Shown here piece by piece: positions 51,586-64,000 of a stretch of 64,000 nt of DNA. The notes under the pieces were generated by a model. That model worked only from the letters and a program-made list of their open reading frames with translations. It was not told the origin of the DNA and made no database searches. The DNA lies in NCBI GenBank assembly GCA_030390025.1, contig CM059432.1, positions 122,948,001-123,012,000 on the forward strand, written 5' to 3'. The DNA comes from Squalus acanthias (taxonomy: Eukaryota). The translations under genes and the position numbers were made by a program. Position 1 is the first letter of the stretch. Each line of letters begins with the position of its first letter.

Positions 51586-52427
51586 ATAGTCTGCTTTTGG
51601 ATGTTCATGCTGATTATGGAAAATTGTAGTATTCTCACTAATAATGAGAATTAACCAGAACTCTGTTCTGAGTGAATGTACTAGGGTTTTACAAAGCTGT
51701 GAAAGTTAGCCTTAATGTTTGTATAGTGTCAGCAGTACTCCAGTGTATTTTTGCAACATCCAGCTGTTTCTTAGGATACAATTAACGCCAGTTGCAGTGT
51801 AGTATCTTTCATTTTTGAAGCTCAGACGTTTATTTTTCCATTTTCATATCTGCATAGATGTGCGAAAGAGGCAGTGTTGCATGGAAATCACTCCAGATAA
51901 TCTAAATCTTGCATCTCTAACATCACAAGCCTGCCTTCACCTATTGATATTCTCTAGAATACTGAATAATATTGTGATTGCTGAAAGAATAGACAGGAAT
52001 ACAACATGTGTTTTGTGTGCTTTGATGTGTGCCTGGCAATTAATACCTAATTTTGCACCTCAGTGGCATTCATCTATATGAATGTCTGCTCGCCATGACT
52101 GAAATGAATCTTTTCAGACTCCCAAACTTACTTATATGATAAAAATTTGTAAATCAACCATAAATACTTAAACCTTCCTCCTCTTGCTGCTCTTTCAAGT
52201 TTTGTGACCCCGACACTGAGGTCATTACTTAAACCCACAATATTCTGGCAGAACAGCTGGTGTGAATGGACAGTGCAGGTGTTCAGTAATAACCACAACC
52301 CATAGGATTGTTGCAGTGCATCAGCTGCAGGAGTATGATTTTGGGTGGGGAGGTGGTGAGCTTTAAAGAAATTAAACATTTGACTCACTTTAGTCGCAAT
52401 TGTATTGATGTGGTGTATCACCGGCAG

Positions 52428-52582
52428 GAAACCAATCCACTGCTGAATTTGTTGGTGCAAACTGAATCACCTATGCAAGGTGAAATGGATGACGTTCAAA
52501 CCTTTGTAAGGCAGAAACTGCAAAAGGAGCTGACTGGATTCTTCAATGCAATATTGCGATCCCTCACCTCTGTTACGGACAG
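52428..52582 (+). CDS. RTTN: Rotatin coding exon (12th)
   Basis: ccggcag|GAA...GACAG|gtactg; 155 nt; ETNPLLNLLVQTES...VRQKLQKELTGFFNAILRSLTSVTD(R). Confidence 0.92.
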
Positions 52583-53822
52583 GTACTGGCAGTTGAAGCT
52601 GATGATATCTTCTGTTCTTTTGAACCTTGCAGTTTAACCTGCAGTTTTTGCACTGGGTTTTCTCTTCACGAATGCAGTCCAGTTCTGCCACATAGTGTTA
52701 GGACACAAGTTTGCGTGCGTGATTACTGACTTGGCAAGTTCACGATTTTAGCCAAGTCCTGGAGCTTACCAGGTGCTACCAACAGGGAGGGAGAGAAAGA
52801 TGGACAAGGGGTGATCCTCAGCCACTCCTGTGTAATTCCAAGCTGCTTTTGCAGGCGTTTTGGATTTGCTTGCCTACTTTCACTGATTCAAACTTGCAAC
52901 TTTCAGGCTGAGTTATGTGTCGATGCTGGCTCACTATATAGTTTGTATCTTATTTGAAATTTCCTTAAAAATTGTTAAATTGATTCGGAACTCTCTTGGA
53001 TGTTTGCTTCATCTGCTGCCGAAGTCCCAACCCACATCAAGTCCTGGTCGCCCAACACCCCTGTCCTCACTGACCTATGCTGGCTCTGGTTTCCCAACAT
53101 CTCAAATTTTAAATTTGCATCCTTGTGTTTAAATCCCTTCATGGCTTTACCTCTCCCTATCTCTATAACCTCCTCTAGCCCTATAACCCACACCGCGCCC
53201 CCCCCCCATCCCAAACTCTCCAATCCTCTGATTCCATTCTCTTGTGCATCCCCTCTCCCTTTGTTCCACCATTGGCTGCTGTGCTTTCATCCCGCGAGGC
53301 CTCACACTCCAGAATTCCCTCCCTAAACCTCGCTCCTTTAATACCCCACCTTTTAAAACCTATTCCATTGACCAAGCTTTTGGTCAGCCTTCCGAATCCC
53401 CCCTTCTTTGGAGCAGCATCCATTTTCTTTTCTTTACACCTCTGTGAAGCACCTTCAGACAGTTTTCTGCATTAAAGGCTATATAAATGCAAGTTGTGGT
53501 AATGTGCTTGCCAGCCAACCACAAAGATTTCCTGTACAAAATGGACCTCGTACTGCTGTCAAGCACATTCGAGAAAGTATCATTTGCCATTTTTGAGAAC
53601 ATTAATTTTTTTTCTAACTATTCACACCACTAGTTAGTTGACCTTAGACGTTATTCATGGCTGCACCAAAACTTTTGCGAAGCTTCCATTTGAAAGCCAT
53701 TCACTTGTACTGGAAATTAGTGATTATGCTCTTTTAAATTAAGTATTTTTGCTTAACCAAAGATGCTCGATCTATCAAAATAAATTCTTCCTCTGAGTTT
53801 GCATTGTGTTGCTTCTTTTCAG

Positions 53823-54042
53823 AAAGTGCCTGTTGTTGGCTGGTCCTTTCAGAACCCAGCTGTCTGTTAAACTCCTACAGTGTTTGCGAATTACAGATGC
53901 ACCACATTTCTACGGTCTACCCTCATTAGAGCGGACACTGCGTGGAATGGTCCACGTTACTGCTCTTCCCGGCTGGACCTTGCACTCAGCCACTGTGGAA
54001 TCCTTTTCTCTTTGTACGAAATATTTGACTGGGCTGCTGGAG
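53823..54042 (+). CDS. RTTN: Rotatin coding exon (13th)
   Basis: cttttcag|A AAG...GAG|gtatgt; 220 nt; contains the characteristic [19 protein letters not shown]. Confidence 0.96.
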
Positions 54043-54374
54043 GTATGTATTCAAATGTCAGATATAATTTACGAAAGTCAATTGCATTTTAAACGGGATT
54101 CAGATTCAAAATAAAAACAGAAAATGCTGGTAACAATCAGCAGGTGAGGCATCATCTGTGGAGAAAGAAATAGTTAATATTTCAGGTCGATGACCTTTCG
54201 ACACAGTTTTGACATGTTAGTTTTTCATCCATGTGGAGAAGAGAGTTAGGAAAATTGGAAATTTAAGGAACAGCTAAAGGCCATTTGGTCCAAAAAGCCT
54301 GCCTCATTTTGGTTGATGACCACCTACCTTCTCACCATTTTCCTCAATCACCCATTTCTCCAGAAACATATTTA

Positions 54375-55010
54375 TAAGAACATAAGAAATAGGAGCAGGA
54401 GTAGGCCATTCAATAAGATCATGGCTGATCTTCTACCTCAACTCCACCTTCTATCCCCATATCCCTTGATTCCCTTAGTATCCAAAAATCTATCAATCTC
54501 TATTTTGAATATACTGAACGACTGAGCATCGACGTTCCCTTTAAGTTGCGCGACCGAGCGGTGTTCTTAATGTCCCGCGCAGCCAGTCAGCCAGCTCTAA
54601 AATAGAAAAACCACACATAAGCAGAATTTTGAATGACCTGCGCAGCCCATTAAAGGGGCAGCGTGGGCCAAAAGAAAATTAGAGGGAGAATTGCTGAGCA
54701 TCCACAACTCTGTGGGATAGAGAATTCCAAAAATTAACAACCCATTGAGTGAAGAAAGTTATCCTCATCTCAGTCCTAAATGGCCGACCCCTTATTCTGA
54801 GACTGTGACCCCTGGTTCTTGACTCCCCAGCCAGGGGAAACATCCTCCCAGCATCTACCCTGTCAAGCCCCTTAAGAATTTTATATGTTTCAATGAGATC
54901 ATCTTTCATTCTTCTAAACTCTAGGGAATATAGACCATTCTACTCAATCTCTCCTTATCGGACGATCCCCTCATCCCAGGAATCAGTCCAGTGAACCTTT
55001 ATTGCACTTC
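54375..55010 (-). mobile_element. CR1 LINE 3' fragment interrupted by a hAT MITE
   Basis: DLIETYKILKGLDRVDAGRMFPLAGESRTRGH; taagaacataagaa tail. Confidence 0.88.
54530..54693. mobile_element. 164-bp hAT-type MITE
   Basis: 8-bp TSD CTGAGCAT (54522-54529, 54694-54701); TIR-like CGACGTTCCCTTTAA / TTAGAGGGAGAATTG. Confidence 0.8.
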
Positions 55011-56529
55011 CTTTAGTAGATGATATTATTAGTATTGTCCTATCCTGTGCAGCATCACCACTGGCAGGAAGGTGTAATTACAATGTGACAGGTTTACAAT
55101 GATCAGTTTCCCTTATAAAAATGGACATAGGAATTTATCACGAAAATGAAAAGTGCAGAATATATTACTTTTAAAATAGGAATTGAATTACATCTGTAGT
55201 TCATGTATCCTCTGTTGTCTAACCACGTGTCGCCTGAAGTTTACACTTGGGTAAAGGAGTCACAAAGAAATAATTTGAGCAATTTGATTCTTTAAGATCC
55301 TCCTTAAAACCCAATTCTTTGAATAAGCTTTTGGTCACCCTTCCTAATCTCTCCTCCTTTGTGTCAGTGTCTTCCTCACCACCACCACCCTTCACACCTC
55401 TGAAATGCCTTCTACATTATAAGTAAATTAAATGTTTATATTTATATCATATAGCGGTGGTGGTAGTAGTACAATGTTTTGGCATATCCGGACCTTTCTT
55501 GCTTGGTACATCTGCCTCAGTCCCAAAACACTTAAAAGTGCAGTGACTTATTTTGACTCTACAAATGATCTAATCTAGTAATTAAACTTTGCTGCAAATA
55601 ATAGTTAAAACGGGAACATTTTGGGATGGTCATGTCTGGCAACATACTAACAATTATTTGAAGAGATGCTGGACTTTATTGACGCAATGGGAATGTAGTT
55701 GCTGGTAATTGTGGATACTAAAGTATGCAGTTTATCGGAGCAACCTCTGAACTAAACAATAAGCAGGCTCATAAATTTTGATTGTTGAACGGTTGTTAGT
55801 TGATTTTGTTTTTGAGGGAGGACTTTTTGTTTTGGAGTCTTACACTTATGAACTCTCCTAGTTCTCTTTTGTTACAATTGCATCTGGTGATATCACCGAT
55901 TATTCAGATTATAGGGTTTGCAGTCAGCCCGTCTTGAAACACCGTATGATAAATGTGAATGAGAAGGCACTCATCATTGACTTGTCGGGCAACAAGAAGC
56001 AGTTTTAAATACCAAGTATCCTTTTCTAAACACCATAATATACCTGAGGAAAATTCAAGATTGCAGCATTTTCACCAATGAATCTTTGAAATAAAAATGA
56101 CTGCTCCCTTCCTTCTCTTTCCTTTAACGTTGGGAGATCAGGAAAGGGAAAAGATATGGGATTAATTAAAGGCAAGTAAACGGAGATGAGGAGAGTGGTA
56201 ACAGTGGTGTTATTTAGAGGATAGAAATAACCATAATCATTTAATGGGATTGAAACTTTGATAAATGGAGAAGAAGAATAAAATAATACATGGGCAATTA
56301 GAAATATGCTGAAATTAAAGAAAAATACATCGTACCCTCGTAAGAGTGCTGATGGTTTCTGCACCAGTGCCTTTCTTCAGAACTAGCCAGCCCATTTCAT
56401 ATTTAACATTGAGTCAGACCAATGACTGAACCTGTGAAGAGACACAAGGTAAATATTTTCATCACCGCACTGCTGAAATATTTTCTTTCATTTGAATTTT
56501 TTGACTTATACCAACTCTGTCGTTAACAG

Positions 56530-56658
56530 GTCATTTCATCTTTTTATGTGGAATGGGGAGGAAATGCAATGTCTTTCATGGGTAAAGGAGTTACAAAGAG
56601 TGCAGTTATCTGCTTGCTCCAGCTGTCCTATGAGATGATAACACAGGCCAAAGATAAG
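56530..56658 (+). CDS. RTTN: Rotatin coding exon (14th)
   Basis: ttaacag|GTC...AAG|gtagga; 129 nt; [43 protein letters not shown]. Confidence 0.95.
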
Positions 56659-57228
56659 GTAGGAACATCAGCAGGATCCTTGCATGTTTGATAAACACCA
56701 AGATTTCTTTTTAGAGAAAGCAAACAAATTTTCAGATATTTTGCTTGCAAGTGTGTGGTTGGATGTATTTCCAGATTGCATCTAGTTCAGAGAACTGTAT
56801 ACAGGCTATGAATCATAGAGTTCTGCTGAATGTCGATTAAACATTTATACATAAGCAACAATTTAAATAATTTCATAGCTTAGCATGCATATTTTAATAA
56901 ATTATACACTCACCAAGCTCATTTCAGTATGTTCCATATTGTCCAATGAATTTGGATTGTGTGGTAGTGAGACGGCACAGACCTTGTGTCCTCACCACTT
57001 GCACAATATTGTTTTAAAATTTGAAAAAATATATATATTTAAGAACCATGCGAATGCATTGTACACTTCAATTAATTATTTATAATTTACATTATATTAG
57101 CAAAACATATTGTGGTAACATGTTTTGCTTAACATATATGGCAGAGACTCTGAAAAGAAAAACAGTGGTAATATAACAATTATAGCACATCACCCAAAAA
57201 GCTCTTTTGGAGAACGATCTAACTGGAT

Positions 57229-59470
57229 AACAACAGCAACTTGCATTTATATAGCGCCTTTAATGTAGTAAAACGTCCCAAGGCACTTCACAGGAGTATT
57301 ATAAGACAAAAAATTTGACACCAAGCCACATAAGGAGAAATTAGGGCAGGTGACCAAAAGCTTGGTCAAAGAGGTAGGTTTTAAGGAGCGTCTTAAAGGA
57401 GGAAAGAGAGGTAGAGAGGTTTAGGCAGGGAATTGCAGAGCTTAGGGCCGAGGCAACAGAAGGTACGGCTACCAATGGTTGAGCAATTATAATCAGAGAT
57501 GCTCAAAAGGGCCGAATTAGAGATAGGGAGGGGTGAGGCCATGCAGGGATTTGAAAACAAGGATGATAATTTTTAAATCAAGGCGTTGCTTAACCAGGAG
57601 CCAATGCGGGTCAGCGAGCACAGGAGTGATGGGTGAACGGGACTTGGTGCAAGTTAGGACATGGGCAGCCGAGTTTTGGATGACCTCAAGTTTACGTAGG
57701 GTAGAATGTGGGAGGCCAGCCAGGAGTGTGTTGGAATAGTGAAGTCCAGAGGTAACAAAGGCATGGATGAGGGTTTCAGCAGCGAATGAGCTGAGGCAGG
57801 GGTGGAGACGGGTGATGTTACGGAGAGGAAATAGGCGGTCTTAGTTATGCTGCGGATATATGGTCGGAAGCTCATTTCAAGGTCAAATATGACACCAAGT
57901 TTGCGAACAGTGTGGTTCAGCCTCAGACAGATGTTAGCGAGAGGGACGGAGTTAGTGACTGGGGAACGAAGTTTGTGGTGGGGACTGAAAACAATGGCTT
58001 CGGTCTTCCCGATATTTAATTGGAGAAAATTTCTGCCCATCCAGAACTGGATGTCTGACGAGCAGTCTGACAATTTACAGACCGTGGAGGGGTTGAGAGA
58101 AGAGGTAGTGAGGTAGAGCTGGGTGTAGTCAGTGTACATGTGGAAACTGATGCTGTGTTTTTGGATGATGTCGCCAAGGGGCAACATGTAGATGAGAAAT
58201 AGGAGGGGGCCAAGGATAGATCCTTGGGGGGACACCAGAGGTAATGATGTGGGAGCGGGAAGAGAAGCCGTTGCAGGTGATTCTCTGGCTAAGATTAGTT
58301 AGATAAGAATGGAACTAGGTGAGTGCAGTCCCCCCCAGCTGGACGACGGTGGAGAGGCGTTGGAGAAGGATGGAGTGGTCAACCATGTCAAAGGCTGCAG
58401 ACAAGTCAAGAAGGACGAGGAGGGATAGTTTACCTTTGTCACAGTCACAATGGATGTCATTTGTGACTTTGATGAGAGCCGTTTTGGTACTGCGGCAGGG
58501 GCGGAAACCTGATTGGAGGTGCGGGAGAGATGGGCACGGATTTGGAAGGCGACAACACGTTCAAGGACTTTGGAGAGGAAAGGGAGGTTGGAGATGGGGC
58601 AGTAGTTTGCAAGGACAGAGGGGTCAAGGGTTGGTTTTTTGAGGAGAGGGGTGATGACGGCAGATTTGAGGGAGAGGGAGACAGTACCTGAGGCGAGAGA
58701 ACCGTTTACATTGTCCGCTAACATGGGAGCCAGAAAAGGAAGTTGGGTGGTCAGCAGTTTGGTGGGAATAGGGTCGAGGGAGCAGGAAGTGGGTTTCGTG
58801 GACAAGATGAGCGTGGAGATGCCATGAGTTATGAGGGGAGATTGGAGAGAAACTGAAGAAAGGTGTGAGTTCAGGGCTAGGGCAGGGGGGAACCTTAGAG
58901 GAAGTTTGGCCTGGTGGGCTCGGGGAAGGAAGGGAAGTGGCAGAGGCAGCTGAACGGATGGTCTCAATCTTGGAGACAAAGAAGTCCATGAGCTCCTCAC
59001 ACTTGTTGTCGGAGGTGAGGGTGGAGGAGACAGGGGAGAGGGGTTTAAGAAGACGGTTAGCAGTGGAGAATAGAAGCTGGGGTTTATCTTTGCATTCCAG
59101 AATGATTCTGGAATAGTGAGCAATTTTGGCAGACGAGAACAGGACCCGATAATGCTTTATGTGGTCCAGCCAGATCTGGCGGTGAATGGCTAAACCAGTT
59201 GACCGCCATATCCGTTCAAGTCTGTATCCCTTGGACTTAAGAGAGCAAAGATGAGGGCCGTACCAGACGGAACGGCCAGGGTGAGAGAGAGTAATTGTTT
59301 TAATAGGGACGACGACATCAAAGGTGGTGGTGAGGGTATGGTTGAGCAGATCGGCAACTGCAGAAATGTCATGGTGAATGGAGGGCCAAAGTCTAGACAG
59401 TTGGGATTTCGTAAGTGCAGTTGTAAGGGAGTTGGGAGAGAGTTTTTTCCAGTCAAAATTACCATGGTTA
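57229..59470 (-). mobile_element. 5'-truncated, frameshifted L2 LINE
   Basis: [59 protein letters not shown] and LQLNIGKTE; 3' end ggcgctatataaatgcaagttgctgttg. Confidence 0.92.
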
Positions 59471-59761
59471 GGAAATACATAATGCTTCAAGTGAGTGGGT
59501 GTACAAATATATTGATAGCCAGAGCAATAAGTTTTAGAATTATTCGCGACTAAGAGCAGGGGAGGCCTGCATAGGGTGAAAGAAGAACTTTTGGGGAGCG
59601 GGGGATTGGGTGGGGAACTGAACAATTTGATTAAGATTACAAATTGGGGCATATGTACAAAATTTATAGTTCTAAACAGTTGGAAGTCAATTTTAAAAAA
59701 ACAAAATGATCGTATCAATGAATTTAGTTTGAATTTTAAAAAATTGTCGTGCTTTGATTCA

Positions 59762-60425
59762 GTTTTTTTTTATTCGTTTATGGGATGTATGCGTCGCTGG
59801 CAAGGCCAGCATTTATTGCCCATACCTAATTGCCCTTGAGAACGTGGTGGTGAGCTGTCTTCTTGAACTGCTGCAGCCCATGTGGTGAAGGTACTCCCAC
59901 AGTGCTGTTAGGTAGGGAGTTCCAGGATTTTGACCCAGCAACGATGCAGGATCGGCGATATACTTCTAAGTCAGGATGGTGTGTGACTTGAAGGGGAACT
60001 TGAAGGTGGTGGTGTTTCCATGCACCTGCTGCCCTTGTCCTTCTAGGTGGAAGAGGTCGCGGGTTTGGGAGGTGCTGCCGAAGAAGCCTTGGCGAGTTGC
60101 TGCAGTGCATCTTGTAGGTGGTACACACTGCAGCCACGGTACACCGGTGGTGGAGGGAGTGAATGTTTAAGGTGGTGGGTGAGGTGCCAATCAAGCGGGC
60201 TGCTTTGTCTGGATGGTGTCGAGCTTCTTGAGTGTTGTTGGAGCTGCACTCATCCAGGCAAGTGGAGAGTATTCCATCACACTCCTTACTTGTGCCTTGT
60301 AGATGGTGGAAAGGCTTTGGGGATCAGGAGGTGAGACCCTCACCGCAGAATACCTAGCCTCTGACCTGCTCTTGTTGCCACAGTATTTATGTCGCTGGTC
60401 CAGTTCATTTCTGGTCAATGGTGAC
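59762..60425 (-). mobile_element. Family-B CR1-group LINE 3' fragment
   Basis: YKAQVRSVMEYSPLAWMSAAPTTLKKLDTIQ; same 3' end as the other copies. Confidence 0.88.
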
Positions 60426-60555
60426 CCAATCCACATTATTCAGAAGCCACAGTCAAGCTAAAGGACACTTGCAATAAAATCAGTTAACAGATATCAAAAC
60501 TGGAATTGGAGGAGTTTAGTAAGTCTGTTAGTTTAGCAGAGTAGAGAGAGATTAA

Positions 60556-62105
60556 GGGGGCGATTTTGCCAATGGGGGCGCGTTGGAGGCGGGACTGCTG
60601 CTTGTCGGGTTTTAGTCCCGCCTCCATCGACTTGTGGTGAACCCACGCTATTTTCCCTTCATTAACCTTGTTAAGCCCGCCCGGCGGGCTTAGCAGGCCA
60701 ATTAAGGGGAAGCCAGTTACAGAGAACGTCAGCGTATGACGTTTCATCTGTCAAAAATTTTTGACAGATGAATTGTCATCGTTTGACAGCTCTGTGAAGC
60801 TGTCAAACACTGACGTTCTATGTTGTTTGATGATTCCTTGGGGACAATTTTGCCAGCCATGGGGAGGCGGGACTGCCGGAAAAATGGCAGCCCAACCCGC
60901 CTCCATGCCATCTTCCCAGGAGGCGGGTTGCCGTCCCGCGTCGGGTCCCATCTCCTTGGAGGCGGGAAGGGATTAAAGCCTATTAACTGCCTGTTAACAG
61001 GTAGTTAACAGGCAGAAAATAGGTTTATCCCCTTTTTGCCCTCAAGTCCTGAAGGCTCAAAACCCGCCAGCTCAGTGAGGCGAGTACTGGGTCTGCGGGG
61101 GTCAGGTGTGGGGGTGCAAAAGTGTGGTGTGAAGGTAAGTGATGGGTGCAAGAGTGTAGAGGTGAGTATCTGAGGTAAGTGCAAAGTGTTTTTAAAAGTG
61201 TACTTACCTTTGTTTCTTCCTGCAGGCTTCAGTCGGTTTGTATGCGGAGACTCTCGGACCTCCATGTTGCAGATGAGAGATGGCTGTTGCATTCTCAGAT
61301 GCAACAAACATCTTATTTCTGTAAAAGAAAGCAGATTGATGAGGTCTTGTATGCAAGACCTCATCAAACTGCAGAGATTGTCACTGTTTGACAGATTCAC
61401 AGAGCTGTCAAATGATGATAACTCATCTGTCAAAAATTTTTGCAACCTGGCTTTCCCTTAATTGGCCTCAAGGTCAATCAAGGGAAAATAGCGTGGGTTG
61501 GCCACAAATTGATGGAGGCGGGACATCGACCCTCCAACGCGCCCCCAGTCACAAAATCGCCCCCATAGTATTCAAGAATCATCAAACCTGTTTTGTGAGC
61601 AGAAATTAGATCGCTGTTGCATCGGAGAATACAGCAGCCATCTGTCATCTGTGCCGGTGAGATGTGAGACTCTCTGCATCCCCAACTGTTGAAGCCTGCA
61701 GAAGAAACCAAGATAAGTAAACATTTTCTATCACTTTCCACTCACCTCACATACTTACCTCGCCACACTTGCACCCATCACTTACCTTCACAGCGCACTT
61801 TTGCATCCCTCCAACCCCCGCAGACCCAATGCTCGCCTTGGTGACCCTGGCGGGGTTTCCTGACGTCGGGAAGCCCGCGCCTCTGTTGGAAAAATGGGGA
61901 TAATCCTCTTAACTGCCTGTTAACAGGCAGTTAAGTGGCTGTAATCCCCTTCCCGCCTCCAGGAGACGGGACTCGGCGCGGATCGGCTACCCGCCTCCTG
62001 GGAAGATGGCACAGAGGCAGGTTGGGGGCGGGATAGGCACCCGCCCCCAGATTCTGCCATTTTCCCGGCAGTCCCGCCTCCCCAGGGCTGGCAAGATCGC
62101 GACCT
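60556..62105 (-). mobile_element. MITE of the 39169 family (reverse orientation), split by a nested copy
   Basis: 60556-60838 is the reverse complement of the right arm; 61568-62105 is a more diverged reverse complement of the left arm. Confidence 0.75.
60840..61564 (+). mobile_element. MITE of the 39169 family (nested copy)
   Basis: Colinear with 39169-39979; ends AAAATCGCCCCC followed by ATAG. Confidence 0.85.
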
Positions 62106-62657
62106 AAGAGTCAGAAAAAAGAGTTGAAACACCTTTAATAAAAAAATAATAATCTTCGTGCTTCTGTTACTTGAAACATAGAAATAGGATAAGGAATACA
62201 ACAGGTAATGAGGAATTATGTGGATAGAGATTGAGGTTAAGTGAATGTTTGTCTTGCGCATTTAGGCTAATGCAAAATACTATGTGAGGAAGATGAATTA
62301 GAGGTATCCAAATGGGCACAGTTAGAAGAATTTAAAACGACAGTGGCTGAATTAGGTGCAGAAGGTAGAAGAATGAAAGGCCTTGTGAGACTCTGAAGTT
62401 ACCCGAGGCTGCAACAATAAGTACAATCTCAGAAGGCTCTGTGGGAGACCTTGAACAACACTATGATCTTGGCTGAATAAGGATAAAATAGGCTGGAGAT
62501 TGACAAATGGTGAAAGTAATGGAAGAGCAACATACCGAAGGGCACGGATCTCGAAGAAGGGAAAACATCTGGAACTAACTAAAGGAACTAACAAGCAGGT
62601 CGGAATTTGGGAGATCAACACAATTTAGGTGCTTGAAATAGGTATCAAAGATTAAAA

Positions 62658-62803
62658 AGAAAGACTTGCATTTATATAGCGCCTTTCATGACCACCAGAG
62701 GTCCCAAAGCGCTTTGCAGCCAATTAAGTAATTTTGAAGTGTAGTCACTGTTGTAATGTAGGAAACGCGGCAGCCGATTTGCGCACAGCAAGCTCCCACA
62801 AAT
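62658..62803 (-). mobile_element. Deu-type SINE 3' fragment
   Basis: Reverse complement of the SINE tail (agacttgcatttatatagcgcc...). Confidence 0.8.
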
Positions 62804-63479
62804 ATTAAATAATTATTTTGCTTCAGTATTTACGAGGGAGATGGAACAGGTGGACATGACAATGGATGATGAGATTAGTAATGCGATAAGTGCATTTAAA
62901 AAAAAAGAGGGGATATATTAAATAAACTAATCAAACTCAAAGAGGATAAAACCCCTGGTCTGGATGGATTGCATCAAGTATCGCCCTGAAAATACACCGT
63001 GTGACATCTGAAGATAAGAGGTTATACTGAAAGAGCAGTAGGAATAGGCCTCGTCATAACGTAACCATACACCCAACTTTACTGCAGAGAAAAAACGTAA
63101 AGTACACAAAAGTGCAGTTTACAACATTGGTGGAATTAGAATTTACTGACGATAGCAACACAGCAGCCTGTTTTGCACTACCGCCCAAGATGAATTTCGC
63201 CCCCTTATTTGCTGGTGTGATCTGGGGACACAACTGTTTTTTTTGTCAGTTGATTTAGTGCATTTTCAGTCATTTTGGGGCTCACTGCTCTTCTGCCCTT
63301 GAAACCAAAAATAATTTATCCTGGAAGGATGAAGGATATTTTAAAATATGAAAATCAAGTCTGGACTTCAGTGGAACTTTTTATAGGGTTCCATACAGAC
63401 ACCAGCATCTGCGACCCCACCTCATTGTCTTTGATGTAATGTTTTCCTGACTGACCTGTTTGGACACCATCCACACCTT

Positions 63480-63725
63480 TGATTGCCGTGATTGTCTCTC
63501 TGCCGAGGTGTGATAAAGGGCAGTTAGAAAGATTAACTGTAATCGTCTGGCAGTGCTCTCTGACTATATATGCTATGCCGATATACATCTCTTCACTTCA
63601 CCTGACAAAGGAGCAGCGCTCCGAAAGCTTGTGATTTCATTTAAAACTGTTGGACTATAACCTGGTGTTGTGCGACTTCTCACATTTGTCCACCCCAGTC
63701 CAACACCGGCATCTCCACATCATGG
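63480..63725 (+). mobile_element. Penelope-like terminal repeat with a decayed minimal hammerhead motif (63598-63634)
   Basis: UCAC-CUGACAA-A-GGAGC-agc-GCUCC-GAA-AGCU-U-GUGA; the core G of CUGANGA is mutated to A. Confidence 0.6.
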
Positions 63726-64000
63726 CTTTCATAGGAAATGCCTCTGTCCACTATTTCAACAGAGACATAAAACCTGTATTTTAAAAAAAAAGTTCCTTTT
63801 GAAGAAAATGGAAAAAAGTTTTTAAAAGCTACATTATTAATTATAGCTTCTTTGGGGACGAACACCAAATAAACACAAGTGTAACTGTGATTTTTAAGTA
63901 GCCGTAAGCCCATTAAAAACTTTTCTGTATCACATTTGAGTGTAACCAATCGTGAGACTGATTGATTCTGACAGGCTCCAATCCCACCCGAGTTAGTACT

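Noticed and set aside
58624..59718. 364-aa ORF as an independent gene
   Set aside because: Chimera of flanking sequence and the L2 ORF2 tether region, drifting out of frame at its end.

Overview
Eukaryotic, intron-rich genomic DNA, most likely from a cartilaginous fish (inferred from the repeat landscape). The + strand carries 14 consecutive internal coding exons of rotatin (RTTN), 1947-56658. All have GT-AG boundaries and the phases chain correctly, except the exon at 49315-49458, which is 1 nt short and frameshifted. The introns are packed with mobile DNA. There is one apparently intact full-length CR1 LINE (- strand, ~23729-28514) and many truncated CR1, CR1-group and L2 LINE fragments. 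There are two tRNA-derived SINE families whose 3' tails match LINEs in this window, and Penelope-like fragments carrying minimal hammerhead ribozyme motifs. DNA transposons include Harbinger-type MITEs and a 6.7-kb hAT-type element (8-bp TSD) holding a ~4.9-kb CT-rich satellite. Top observations: (1) the intact CR1 has an ORF2 with no AUG before the end of its endonuclease domain, overlapping ORF1 in the -1 frame at a U_UUA_AAC slippery heptamer, which suggests programmed -1 frameshifting; (2) its 5' UTR is built of 149-bp monomers with splice signals; (3) a SINE tail supplies the polypyrimidine tract of an RTTN exon; (4) a MITE family carries a complete 91-nt intron-like cassette; (5) the RTTN frameshift. 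All calls were made by eye; no database searches were run.
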